In this document: piece by piece, positions 29,595-40,517 of the stretch
Layout: the number at the start of each line of letters is the position of its first letter
Position numbering within the stretch: the stretch's first letter is position 1
Virus record (IMG/VR): IMGVR_UViG_3300004282_000003
Coordinates: 1-54,632 of that record
Strand: one strand, 5' to 3'
Origin: a virus
Taxonomy: Duplodnaviria; Caudoviricetes
DNA: 54,632 nucleotides
The notes under the pieces: generated by a model
Databases searched by the model: none
Seen by the model: only the letters and a program-made list of their open reading frames with translations
What the model was told of the DNA's origin: nothing
Position numbers and translations under genes: made by a program

Positions 29595-30821
29595 TTAATT
29601 CTCCTTGCACATTGATAAGGTTTTCATGTTCATCCAATTCTTTCCAACACTCCATTCAGTTGCTAATTCAACTTTCTTTGGAATTGGTAAATTATGATTA
29701 ATCATTTCATAATCAACTAATTCCATTAATTCCAATGCTTCTTTTTTGTAAAACATAAAGAATATAGAATCATGTATTTGGGTACACATATAACTTTTCA
29801 AATTGCTTTGTAGTAGTTTCTCTTCAATTCTAATAATAGCATCTAGGAGAATATGGAAACTACAAGATTGAATTGGAAAGTTAAATATTTCATTTTGTGT
29901 TAATGGATAATTCCTTCTAAATCCTAATGGAGTTTCTATATAACCATTTCCATAATAGAATTGTAATTGATCTTCTTGCCATTCTTTTAAACCTTTATAT
30001 CTATTGAAAAATTCTTTTTGTGCTTCTGCAAAATGCTTTTCTGAATATTCAATATAAAATTGATTCCAAGGATCTTTATTGTAAGGAGATCCTTTCCTAT
30101 ATTTTTCTCTTACAAAGTTTTTATAAACATCAAACTTTCTAAATTCTCTTGCTATAGATATATTGCTAGCACCATAAATATTTGCAAATGTCCAATTGTT
30201 TTTTACAATATATCTTTCATCATCATGTAACTTTTTTACTTCTGGTAATTCATAATTCCATCCAAATATAACATTAGTCCAATGACTATGCATATCTAAA
30301 TCTTCATTTAAATCTTTTAATAATTGTTTATCACCACTTAAATTACCTGCTGTTTTAACTTCAGCACCTTCATAATCAACTTCTGCTAATAACCAATCTG
30401 GTCCTAAAGGAATAATTGGTTTTCTTAAAATCTTCCAACTCATTCCTTTTTTTATATCTCCATGTTTAGGTTGATTTTGAATATTTGGACTTGAACCAGA
30501 ACTTCTTACAGTTTCAGTAGTATTTAACCATAAATCAGGGTGTATAAAACTTGTTCTAAAACCTTTATATCTTATTCCTTCTTGAACCCATCTTCTCAAT
30601 TCAGCAAGATAGTTATTTTTAGCCTTTTCTAGTTTCCTATATTCCAATAACAAACTACAAAATTTAATCTTCTCTTTTTCAGCATAATGTAGAATGACAG
30701 ATTCATCTACACTTGCTTTCTTTTCACCGGATTTACCCCCTGCTGTTTCTTTTATTGGTTGAAGATTTAAATGATTGAATAGAAAATCTGAAACTTGCTG
30801 TGGACTACTTAGATTAAACAT
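29595..30821 (-). CDS. polA: Family A DNA polymerase, polymerase (thumb-palm-fingers) subunit
   Basis: FNLSSPQQV, PNIQNQP, motif A EVDYEGAEV, motif B RYIVKNNWTFANIYG, NFPIQS and motif C QIHDSI. Confidence 0.9.
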   Translation of the reverse strand: MFNLSSPQQVSDFLFNHLNLQPIKETAGGKSGEKKASVDESVILHYAEKEKIKFCSLLLEYRKLEKAKNNYLAELRRWVQEGIRYKGFRTSFIHPDLWLNTTETVRSSGSSPNIQNQPKHGDIKKGMSWKILRKPIIPLGPDWLLAEVDYEGAEVKTAGNLSGDKQLLKDLNEDLDMHSHWTNVIFGWNYELPEVKKLHDDERYIVKNNWTFANIYGASNISIAREFRKFDVYKNFVREKYRKGSPYNKDPWNQFYIEYSEKHFAEAQKEFFNRYKGLKEWQEDQLQFYYGNGYIETPLGFRRNYPLTQNEIFNFPIQSCSFHILLDAIIRIEEKLLQSNLKSYMCTQIHDSIFFMFYKKEALELMELVDYEMINHNLPIPKKVELATEWSVGKNWMNMKTLSMCKEN

Positions 30822-32439
30822 CTTTTTTCCTCATAGTCAATTTTCTTTTAATTGTTGTAATTATATTTATTGGTTCCTCTTCATCATCTGTATCATTTTT
30901 CTTTGGCTTTGTAAATACTTTATTCTTATTTTTTTCTAAATAACTTATAATATCTGGAAGATTTTCAATTTGGTCATATGTTTTTCTTAATTCACTATCA
31001 AGTAATTCTTCTAAAGTATCCAATTCAAATTCATCAACTGGCAATCCATTCCATGACATATTTGCAAATACTTCATGGCCTTTTAAGATAAAGTCATAAC
31101 ACCATCTAAACTTTTCAGTTTTATCTAACCAATTATCTAACAATTCATAATTGGCAAATGATGTTATTGAATCTAATCCAGAATATTGAATAAGATCATC
31201 TGGTGGACATAAATGAATTGTATTCTTTTTATCATTCTTATTTTTTATTTCTAAATACTTTTTTACTTTCTTATTATATTTTGGTAATCCAAATCTAACA
31301 AGGTTTTGAAAATCAAGAGAAGTGCAACCACCCCGTTCATCAATAACATGAGTAGCCAGCATTGTATCAAATGTATTTCTAATTATATTTCCTCTTGGAT
31401 TTAAATGATCTTTAAACGCAAAATCTCTTGGATTACTATCTTTAAATACCCAACGTCTAGTTACCAATTCTTCATATTTTACATTTTGAATTATAGTTAA
31501 AAGATCTTCTCTATTCAATAAATCAAAAACTTTATTTTTAAGTTTTGGAATTGGATCTTCATATCTTGGAATATAAATAACCCAAGCTTTTTTTCCAATT
31601 GCAAATGACATACACCAAACTTCAAAATTATCATCATAAGGTTTTAAATTGGTAGTTTCATAATCAAAAGAAAACTTTCCTGATTCTTCTATTTGCTTTT
31701 GCATTTTATCAAAATCATCTATATCTCTAATTTGTTTTATAGTTATTCCTGAAAGAACCTTTCTTTTCTTTAGAAAATTATTTACATATTTTCTTTTATG
31801 CAATAATCTTTTATATGAATCAAATATTCTTTTTAAATCTTTTTCTAATACAATTGCATTGCCAGGATTTCTTAAAATATTTGCCGGATGATTAGTACAA
31901 AATACTAAACAATTAAATTCATAGTTAGGAATAATTCTGTTTCTCAGTTTTGTTATGCCTTGTTTTTCTCCAAATAGATTCAACACTGAATTAGATGCTA
32001 CTTCACCCAAACAGATAATTACATTTGGTTTTAATTGTAATAGTTTTTCTTTTAATTTTGTTCGGCAACATCTAACATAGGTTTCTGACATTTTATTATT
32101 TGGAGGTCTACAAGCAACAGCATTAATAATACTACAATGTTTAATATAATTTCTTTTTATTGTTGATCTTAATAATTGTCCTGATCTACCAACAAAATTT
32201 ATTCCTCTTTGTTGCTCTTCTTCCCCTGGTGCTTCACCAACAAAAACTAAACCATTTGGTTGTGGATTTCCTATTTCAGTTATTCCTATTGGTTTATTTG
32301 TAGAAGATTTTAAACCACATTTATTACAATCATAAATTACTTTCTTTTTAGTTTCCCCCTCTGGAATATCAAAATAAAAATTTCCTTTTGATTCTATTTC
32401 TTTTGGTATTCCTATAATCCTTTTTAATGTAGTTTTCAT
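30814..32439 (-). CDS. Family-4 UDG domain fused to PolA 3'-5' exonuclease (N-terminal subunit of split polymerase)
   Basis: UDG motifs CNKC, VGEAPG, FVGRSG, CRPPNN, HPA; exonuclease motifs FDYETT, QNVKYE, DTML, YSGLD. Confidence 0.88.
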   Translation of the reverse strand: MKTTLKRIIGIPKEIESKGNFYFDIPEGETKKKVIYDCNKCGLKSSTNKPIGITEIGNPQPNGLVFVGEAPGEEEQQRGINFVGRSGQLLRSTIKRNYIKHCSIINAVACRPPNNKMSETYVRCCRTKLKEKLLQLKPNVIICLGEVASNSVLNLFGEKQGITKLRNRIIPNYEFNCLVFCTNHPANILRNPGNAIVLEKDLKRIFDSYKRLLHKRKYVNNFLKKRKVLSGITIKQIRDIDDFDKMQKQIEESGKFSFDYETTNLKPYDDNFEVWCMSFAIGKKAWVIYIPRYEDPIPKLKNKVFDLLNREDLLTIIQNVKYEELVTRRWVFKDSNPRDFAFKDHLNPRGNIIRNTFDTMLATHVIDERGGCTSLDFQNLVRFGLPKYNKKVKKYLEIKNKNDKKNTIHLCPPDDLIQYSGLDSITSFANYELLDNWLDKTEKFRWCYDFILKGHEVFANMSWNGLPVDEFELDTLEELLDSELRKTYDQIENLPDIISYLEKNKNKVFTKPKKNDTDDEEEPINIITTIKRKLTMRKKDV

Positions 32440-32452
32440 ATTTTTCCTATAA

Positions 32453-32480
32453 ACAAAAAAAGGGGGATTTCTCCCCCTTT
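32453..32480 (-). terminator. Intrinsic terminator
   Basis: Minus strand AGGGGGA-GAAA-TCCCCCT followed by a T-run. Confidence 0.8.
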
Positions 32481-32504
32481 CTTTAGATTGTTGGAAGTTG
32501 ATTG

Positions 32505-33881
32505 TTACTCCATATCTTCTTTGATAATTTCAATCAACTGCTTTGTACGTTTACGGGCATAGATCTTATCCTTACCCTTTTCAATGAAAACAGGGACCAT
32601 CTTCTTAATAATAAAGTCATCATCCCTGCCCTTCTCAAGCATACGTTCTACCATTTGATAAGGAGTTTCTTCTTCCTCATCTTCTTCATCAACTTCAACT
32701 ATCTTCTTTGCGGGGCGACCACGTTTCTTTGTTTCTGAATCCTTTTTACTTTTTACCGTGTCTTCATCAGGTGTCAATTCCTCAATAAGTCTTTCACCCA
32801 ACTTCTTAACACTCTTCTTTTCCATTACACCAACTTTAATTTCAAGTTCCTTTGCAATTCCCAAAAGACCATCAAGATCTTTTGTTTTAACCATACTTAA
32901 AACCAAAGACTGATTAATTTCTACTGGTTCCTCTACTTCAGGAAATCCATCTTCTTCTACTTTTTCAACCATAAGAGCAATGGTAGCCTTTTTAGTAACG
33001 CCAGGTTTAATTTTCAAACCAAGCTTCTTAGCTGCTGATTTCAATTTACCAATAGGCATTGCTTCCCACTCTTCTGTTAATTCATCAATATCAACTTCAG
33101 ATTCCTTTTTGGCTTTCTTTTTCTTTTTAAAATCCAAAGGCTTTTCATCTTCATCTTCTTCTACAACCTTCTTTTTCTTTTTAAAATCCAAAGCCTTTTT
33201 AGGTGTGGGTGTTTCCTCTTCATCATCTTCTAGTTCTGCATCATGCCCCAATGCTTCAAGCATATTCTTCTTCAGTGTTCCAAACTTAATCTTTCCCCTA
33301 ATTGAAACACTTTCAAAGAGATCTTCATTTTCTTTATAGATTGTTTTCAAATCATCAACATCTTCTGCATCTGCAATTGCACTTGCAACTTCAAAAGTTT
33401 CCTCTGTTTCTTTTTCATCTCCACCAGTTTTTTCTTCAATAAATTCAATCATTGCTTCTTGCAATTCATCGAAGTTTTTCATCTTAGAAAACTTCTCAGG
33501 AAAAACTTCATATTGATCCATTACTTTCCTGAGTTCTTTAATTGTTTCACACTCTTCAACTTGATCTTGAATTTCTTCCCAATTAGTTTCCGGTTTCTTA
33601 GACTTCTTTTCTTTCTTTACTGGCTTTTCATCTTCATCTTCATCTACAACCTTCTTCTTAGATTTCTTTTCTTTCTTTGTTGGCTTTTCATCTTCCTCAT
33701 CTTCTTCAAACAAAGCCTCATCCAATCCTTCATACCATTCTACAAATTCATCACTGTAATTCGCTTCAGGATCAATTTCAGCAATGATAGATTTACACAT
33801 TTCCTCTTCATCCAAACCCTTGAGTTCAGAAACATCCAGACCAACTTCTTTTGCAAACTTCTTCAATTCTTTCATTTCCAT
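32505..33881 (-). CDS. Large charged low-complexity protein with helical repeats and an AT-hook
   Basis: Likely start ATG 33881 (GGAG RBS; composition changes there). Alternating E/D and K tracts, repeated LKxxAKxLGL-type helices, KKRGRP. Confidence 0.75.
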   Translation of the reverse strand: MEMKELKKFAKEVGLDVSELKGLDEEEMCKSIIAEIDPEANYSDEFVEWYEGLDEALFEEDEEDEKPTKKEKKSKKKVVDEDEDEKPVKKEKKSKKPETNWEEIQDQVEECETIKELRKVMDQYEVFPEKFSKMKNFDELQEAMIEFIEEKTGGDEKETEETFEVASAIADAEDVDDLKTIYKENEDLFESVSIRGKIKFGTLKKNMLEALGHDAELEDDEEETPTPKKALDFKKKKKVVEEDEDEKPLDFKKKKKAKKESEVDIDELTEEWEAMPIGKLKSAAKKLGLKIKPGVTKKATIALMVEKVEEDGFPEVEEPVEINQSLVLSMVKTKDLDGLLGIAKELEIKVGVMEKKSVKKLGERLIEELTPDEDTVKSKKDSETKKRGRPAKKIVEVDEEDEEEETPYQMVERMLEKGRDDDFIIKKMVPVFIEKGKDKIYARKRTKQLIEIIKEDME

Positions 33882-34255
33882 AAAAATAGTCTCCAGTGAT
33901 AGTTTTGTAATGTTTGTTAGTTTAATTGCAATTTCAAGTTCATTAGCTGTAGCTCTTCTACGATTTTCTTTAATACATTTTACATAATACAAGTAAATAA
34001 ATGCCCTACTTAAAAGTAATTTTTCCCCCCTTCCATATTTTATTAACGCTCTTTGAATTACTGGATAATCAGAGACACCCAATATCTTTAGGCGACCACT
34101 GTTTATCATTCTAAAAATTTCTATTCTTCTTTTTAAGTCGTACAGGTAAGCTTTCCAAACAGGTAAATAAACAAATCTAACCATAATTCCCTTTTTTCAT
34201 AAATCCCCTCTAACAGTTTTTATTTTTGTTTCCCTCCAATTGAATTGTTGATTAT

Positions 34256-34284
34256 GTTATAAACTAGCCAATACAAAAAGTCAA
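34256..34284 (-). promoter_or_regulatory. sigma70-type promoter
   Basis: TTGACT-17 nt-TATAAC. Confidence 0.55.
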
Positions 34285-34295
34285 GCAAAAAATTC

Positions 34296-34327
34296 AATGT
34301 TTCTCAATTCGCTTGTAGATGATCTAA
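34296..34327 (-). repeat. Intergenic ~32-nt repeat, copy 1
   Basis: + strand aatgtttctcaattcgcttgtagatgatctaa. Confidence 0.85.
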
Positions 34328-34333
34328 TAGATT

Positions 34334-34981
34334 TTAATTTTTATATTCTTCAATGTTATAACTATTTTCAATACTCAGAAATTCCTCTTCAGTTATAAGA
34401 GGATAAAGTTCTTTTAATTTATTATATTTATTTCTTAATTGGTCAAAGAAATCTGCTTTTATTACTATTTCTTTAAAATCTTCTTTCATTAGTTTTGTTG
34501 TTACAGTATCTAAAGCCTTTTCAAATTTTGTTTTCCTTGTTTCTGGTTCGTAATTATTAATTAAATGATAAAGAATAAATTCATCTTTTACTGATCTATT
34601 ATATTCATTTTTAACATCAGCTCTTAGAGAAATTATACCAAGTTCTCTAAGAAGTTTTATTATTCTATGTTTATCTTTTATCCCTTCATCTTTCCAATAA
34701 TCTTTTATTATATTTTTAGAATTAATATAATAATTATAGGGTAATAATGCTGCCATTTCATAAAGATTTTCAATTTTATCTTGTTGTGCTTTTTTCATAT
34801 TGGTAAAAATATCTTTATTTATTTGTGCAAGTTTTTCAAAGTAATAAGCAAATTTATTCATACGTCTTACCCTTCCATTTTTCATTTTATAATTCTCAAA
34901 TTTTAGTTTTCTACTTTTTGAAATACATTTACAATACTTCTTTTGATCTTCTTTTCTAACTTCAGAAACATCATCTTCCAT
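34334..34981 (-). CDS. Hypothetical protein
   Basis: AAAGGAAAG RBS; flanked by repeat copies 1 and 2. Confidence 0.6.
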   Translation of the reverse strand: MEDDVSEVRKEDQKKYCKCISKSRKLKFENYKMKNGRVRRMNKFAYYFEKLAQINKDIFTNMKKAQQDKIENLYEMAALLPYNYYINSKNIIKDYWKDEGIKDKHRIIKLLRELGIISLRADVKNEYNRSVKDEFILYHLINNYEPETRKTKFEKALDTVTTKLMKEDFKEIVIKADFFDQLRNKYNKLKELYPLITEEEFLSIENSYNIEEYKN

Positions 34982-35006
34982 TTTCAACTTTCCTTTCTTA
35001 CAAGCT

Positions 35007-35038
35007 AATGTTTCTCAATTCGCTTGTAGATGATCTTA
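35007..35038 (-). repeat. Intergenic ~32-nt repeat, copy 2
   Basis: aatgtttctcaattcgcttgtagatgatctta; overlaps the stop codon of 35036-35299. Confidence 0.85.
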
Positions 35039-36899
35039 TCGGTCATGGTATTCTTCTAATTCACTTTGTTTAATGAATACAGGAAACAATGAATCAATCT
35101 TTATTCTCACTCTACGGTGTAAATGCAATATGCTATAAGCAATTTTTCCTTTCCTTTTTGTTTTCCATTTAAGTTTATTATAATTCCAATCTACTCCATT
35201 TGCAAGCAAAATCTCACCCTTTTGTAATTCAGGATGTTTATTACTATGAACACCCTTTAACATTAATCTTTTAGGTTTTTTAATTTTCTTTTGTTTCATT
35301 TTCTATCCTTTGAAATTATCTTTTTGTTGTCTATATTCTACCCAACATCCAGACAAATATTTCTTATTATCATCTTCATATTTTCTATTCTTTTGAAAAT
35401 ACCAACCAACAGGATTAGGAGAACCATCTGGAGAATCTACATAAATTTTGCTAGTACATTTTCCATATTCACTAACTAAAAACTTAAACAATTTTCCTTT
35501 CTCATTTATATTGTAATCAGTTTTATACCAATCAATTTCATTTACTCTATAATGTTCTGTTTCATTTACCCATGTTTCTTTAATCCAAATGTTATTATTC
35601 ATTTTACTTTATCCTCTATATTAAAAGTTTTTAATTCATTTAAAATTTTATTTGCTTCACGAATTAAATAATTTTCTAATGGTTCATATTCTTCTGTTTC
35701 CTCATTTTGTTTTCGTTCATCATCATCAGAGTTCCATATTTGAAAACCAAGAAAGTTTATTATTACACAATAACCATCAGTTTTCATTTCAAATAAAGAA
35801 CCTAGAAGAAAACTATCTTCTGTAATTTGTTCTTCAAATATTTCATTAACCTTTTGAAGAGAATCTAATACCTCATTTAAAAATCCTTTATATATCATTA
35901 TATGAAATCCTTTCTATTAATCTAAATGATTTTGTAAGAATAACAATTGGATAAAATTCACTTGAAAATATATTAGTTTCTTTATGTTCTACAATTCCTT
36001 CAGCATATTGAATTTTATAAAGAGAAAACCTTGAATATGGAAAATCATAAATCATAGCTTTATAAAATTCTCTAGCTTCATTTATATCTTTTATAATACA
36101 AAATCCTACTTCTTGATTCCAAACATCTTTTTTCCAATTAATCCAACCACAAATTCCATTTTCTTTTTTATCTTTTGAAATTGGAATTTTATAAACATGA
36201 AATGGTGGATATAAGTTATTTTCTTCAGTACAAATATTTTCAAACAACTTGTAAGCAATTCCATAAACTTTTGTTCTTATAGATTCTGGATGAATTGTAT
36301 TGCACATTATTTTATCCTTTCTATTCAACTGCTACAATAAAAGATTCTCTAATATCCCATTTAAGTTCTTGTTGATTAAATTTTTTACCAAGTGATTCTT
36401 CATTTAAAAGCATATAACTAAATGGTTCTTCTTTTGGATAAGCACCTAAAACAGATAAACATGACAAAGTTATTTGAACAACAATATAAGTTTTATCTTC
36501 TATAATTCTTTTTGTATAATTTTCCATTATCTTTACTAACTGACCAATTTGAAATTTTGGTTTTGGAAATGTTTCTGAGAATTTCATAATTTCAATTTCC
36601 TTTCATTTCATAAGTTCTAACAAGTTATAATCCCCTTCATAATACCTTGCCATTTTCTTTAGTTTCTGATGATAATAGTTTGCAAGCAATTCCCAACCTT
36701 GACTGACCAAAGCGTAAGGACGGCCAAATATAGGTGCTTTTTCATCATATAACCAGACAAACAAATCCGGCCTATATTGTTCTGTTATATCTTTAATATC
36801 ATTTAACCATTCTTGAGGAACAGCATAATCAAAAACTTTTCCTGTTAAAAACAAATCTTGTTTACACAAATCTTCTTTTGTCATTTTCAATTTCCTTTC

Positions 36900-37643
36900 T
36901 TATTTTACAAATTGCTTAACATAATTTATAAACATATCTCCACTCATTTCATTTACATGACAAATAATATTTTGTTTTTTATCTTGATTTTTATAAGACC
37001 AATCACAACCGCAAATCACATTTCCCTTACAATTTAAATAAATTGGAATATCTCTTATTTCTAAATCTTCTTGTGAATCATCAATAATATCTTCAAGTGT
37101 ATAACTAGAATTTATCAATTCATGTTTATTATCTCTACCACCAATTCCATTTTCTTTTGCCCTGCCTTCATTTATTGTATTATCTATTGTATTATCTCCA
37201 TATCTTTTACGTTCATATTTTGCACTTGTAAACTTAAACACTTCTAATTTCTTTATATTTTCTTTTGTTATTTCATCATGGTAATAGTCATTACTATAAC
37301 TCAATGCAGAAATTTCGTTCTCATCACAATAGCAATATAATCTCATTACTGCAAGCAAAAAATCATTAGTTACAACTTTTGCATTTGTAGCTATGTAAAA
37401 ATTACCAATACCAACTTTATATTTCTTAGCCATATCAACTATTGTATTAATTTTATGTGGTGCAATGCTAGGCTCACCACCTGAAATTGTTAAACTAGAA
37501 ATATAACCAACTTTTGAAAAGAAAGTTTCAATATCATAATCATATATTTCTTTATTTTGTGCTTTTCCTCTTAAACAATGTCCACACTCCATGTTACATT
37601 TTCTTGTTATCTCAATTATGACATTGTTAATATCAAGTTTCAT
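36900..37643 (-). CDS. Radical SAM protein
   Basis: CNMECGHC (CxxxCxxC), SGGEP and ATN. Confidence 0.85.
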   Translation of the reverse strand: MKLDINNVIIEITRKCNMECGHCLRGKAQNKEIYDYDIETFFSKVGYISSLTISGGEPSIAPHKINTIVDMAKKYKVGIGNFYIATNAKVVTNDFLLAVMRLYCYCDENEISALSYSNDYYHDEITKENIKKLEVFKFTSAKYERKRYGDNTIDNTINEGRAKENGIGGRDNKHELINSSYTLEDIIDDSQEDLEIRDIPIYLNCKGNVICGCDWSYKNQDKKQNIICHVNEMSGDMFINYVKQFVK

Positions 37644-38169
37644 GTTTTAATTTCCTTTCATTTATCAACAAAAAACATTGTTTTTTCTTCGTTGTTTGGT
37701 TCAACAATAATCATAGGAAGCATTTCTTCAATATCAGTATAATACAAAAAGCCAGTTGATAAACTTATACTAACAATATATTTTTCAAATTCATATTTAA
37801 TTTCTGGAAATAGTATTTTTCTTTTATTTTCTTCTAAATGAATTGCCATATATATTTCTTTTGAATTGTAGTGTCTCCAACACGCCCCTGGTTGTGGAAT
37901 TTTAATAGTATTAATAAATTGAACTCTCATTTTCAATTTCCTTTCTATTTGGTTACAATTTCAAATAATTCTTTTTGTAATATATTAATTTCTAATCTGT
38001 CATAATATGAATAATTATATTCACTACCAATAAAATGATTGAATTGACTTAGATATTGATTTCCCATATTTTCATAACACTTTTTTATACGTTCTGAATT
38101 GAATTTTCTTTTTAATGATTCAAATTTTTTTCTTATACTAGAAATACTTTTCATTTTCAATTTCCTTTC

Positions 38170-38217
38170 ACTACAAGGCAATTGCAATGTTTCTCAATTG
38201 CCTTGTAGTTGATCTAA
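38170..38217 (-). repeat. Intergenic repeat copy 3, embedded in a 15-bp hairpin
   Basis: actacaaggcaattg / caattgccttgtagt stem; repeat core starts at 38186. Confidence 0.85.
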
Positions 38218-38663
38218 TAGGTTTTTTAAGAATATTTTAAACCACTTTCATGCAAAATTTCTAAAATTGGAATTTCCGTTTGATATTTTTCTACAAAATC
38301 TTCCATACTCAAATTCATATCAAAATCTTCATTTAACCTTTTTGCAAATTTTATTACATTCTTTAAACTACCTTGTAAATCACCACCAAAATTATAACCT
38401 GATTTATGAGTTACACACCATTTATTTGTAAAATAACTATAAATTTGTGTTGGTTTTCCATTAGGCCAACTATGTTCCATCCACAATTGTTTATGAACAA
38501 ACAAATTTCCAACTTGAATTGCTTTTACAGTTGTATAAAATATTTCACTATTCCAAAAGTAAGAAACATTTGCAAAACCAAACTTGTATCTACCATCATT
38601 AAAATAATTTTCTACAGGTTTTCCAATTTTCTTTTCCATTTTCAATTTCCTTTCTGAGATTTT

Positions 38664-38695
38664 AATGTTTCTCAAACAGCTTGTAATAGATCAAA
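38664..38695 (-). repeat. Intergenic repeat copy 4 (divergent)
   Basis: aatgtttctcaaacagcttgtaatagatcaaa; overlaps the TGA of 38691-39164. Confidence 0.75.
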
Positions 38696-39427
38696 TAGGA
38701 AAATCACAATAACCAATTGACCAAACTCTTAATTCACCATCAGAAACTTTAGTTGTTTTAAATTCAGCTTCTAACAAATCAGGTAAAACTTCATTTTTTA
38801 GAAAATATTCAATTTCTTGATAAACAAAATCTTCATCTGGTTTGTAATAATTTTTCCATTGTCTTTCAGCACCTACAATTTTTGAAATTTCAAAATTCAA
38901 TGGGATAATAACAGTATCAAAAATACTTGTTGGTATACCAAAAATTCCTAACAAATCCTTTTTGATAATATCCCATTTTATATGATATTGTTCATATCCA
39001 TTGTGATAGCCGTTCTGATCCATACTATAGCGACTATAAATCATTTTTAATTGTTTATTCTTATTTACATAGTCAATTGAAACTTTATTATAAAATTTTT
39101 CTGTTAATGTTTCAAAAAAGGCAATGGTATCCACTGCCTTTACTTCATATTCAGTGTTTTTCATTTTATTTCTCCATTTGTATAAAACTTGTAGAATGAA
39201 AAATAACTACTTCATAATCATCATGTTCAAAAATACCATTTTCAATATATTTTTCTATTTCAAAAAATTCAACTCTGTCTGGATAATTGTCTGATACAAT
39301 TTTTATAAATAATTCCTCTGCTTGTTTGTTTCCCTCAAGACTTTCCTCAAAAGAAACAAGATTCATAATACAACCGCCAGTTAATTCAATTACATTTACA
39401 GTTTGAATCATTTTCTTTTCCTTTTTT

Positions 39428-39459
39428 AATGTTTCTCAATTTGCTTGTAGTTGATCTAA
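39428..39459 (-). repeat. Intergenic repeat copy 5
   Basis: aatgtttctcaatttgcttgtagttgatctaa; overlaps the TAG at 39456. Confidence 0.85.
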
Positions 39460-40343
39460 ATACAATGCGATGCAACAGCTTCACCACCAATTTCAATTTC
39501 ATTAGGTAGAGGTTTTAAAAGAACTTGTACTTCTTTTTTACAAACAAAACAACTTGAAATGAAATTTCCTTTTTCTAATTTTGTAAATCTTTCCATTTCG
39601 TGACCTCTAAATCCACATGCTTCTAGTGTCTCTTTTTTCAATCTTCGTTCTTTTGTCATTTTCATTTTCCTTTCATTTTGCTTGTAATAAATCAAATAAT
39701 ATAAATGTTTTTTTCTTATAATCCTTTTGATTATAAGAATGATTATATCATTTGACCTATTTTTTAAAACAAGATTATTAATTGACTGGATATTTTTCAA
39801 TCCAGTCAAGTCTATAATCTTATTTTAATTCAATGTCAAACAAAATATTTGTTTAAAATGAAAGTGAAGAACAATCCTGCTAGTATATAAGACATTTTTA
39901 TCCTTTTCAGTTAATATCCTAATCCTTTTCCTAATAGCATAATCATTAAAAACAAAATGACTATACCAACAAATCCAAGAATATCCTGAGTAATTGTTTG
40001 TGGTTTATAGTACGTTTTTCCTTTGTACTTGTTTTTGTATCTCATTTTGGATTTCCTTTCTTCTAGAAACTAATTTATTTCTGATATAAAAACATGGATA
40101 ACGACTACTTTTATTAAAACTTTGTAAAACATCAAAAGAACAAACATCAAAATCAAATGTTTCTGATACAAAATCCTCTCTTTTCTTCAATATTTTTGGT
40201 TTTTCCTTTCTTATTTCTTTTGGTGAAATGAAAACTGCTTCACCTTTCTCATATAAATGTTTTGCTTTTACTTTATTTATTCTAATATATAAAAAGTTTC
40301 CTTTTACTTGAGTTCTTTTCAGCATTTTGGATTTCCTTTCATT

Positions 40344-40517
40344 TCATATTGTTGTATAAATATGAATTATTTCATTATATGCTTTATCTAATGAAAAATC
40401 CTGTGATTCAGAAAGATTTTCTCCACTTTTAATCCTTTCTTTTATTTTTTGAACCATTTCATTAATACCATCAAGAGTTTCAATTAGATTTTCTCTATAA
40501 ACCACCATTTCTGACAT
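40344..40517 (-). CDS. Small helical protein (57 aa, below the ORF-track cutoff)
   Basis: MSEMVVYRENLIETLDGINEMVQKIKERIKSGENLSESQDFSLDKAYNEIIHIYTTI; AAAGGA RBS; similar to 41584-41754. Confidence 0.65.
   Translation of the reverse strand: MSEMVVYRENLIETLDGINEMVQKIKERIKSGENLSESQDFSLDKAYNEIIHIYTTI

Noticed and set aside
30814-30900. Split intein or intron at the PolA junction
   Set aside because: No intein N-terminal Cys block, no HN-C/S/T junction and no intervening sequence; the ORFs overlap.
33882-34184. 101-aa N-terminal extension of the large acidic ORF
   Set aside because: Its composition is unlike the rest and a good GGAG RBS precedes ATG 33881. It may be translated from its own start but is not supported as part of the main product.
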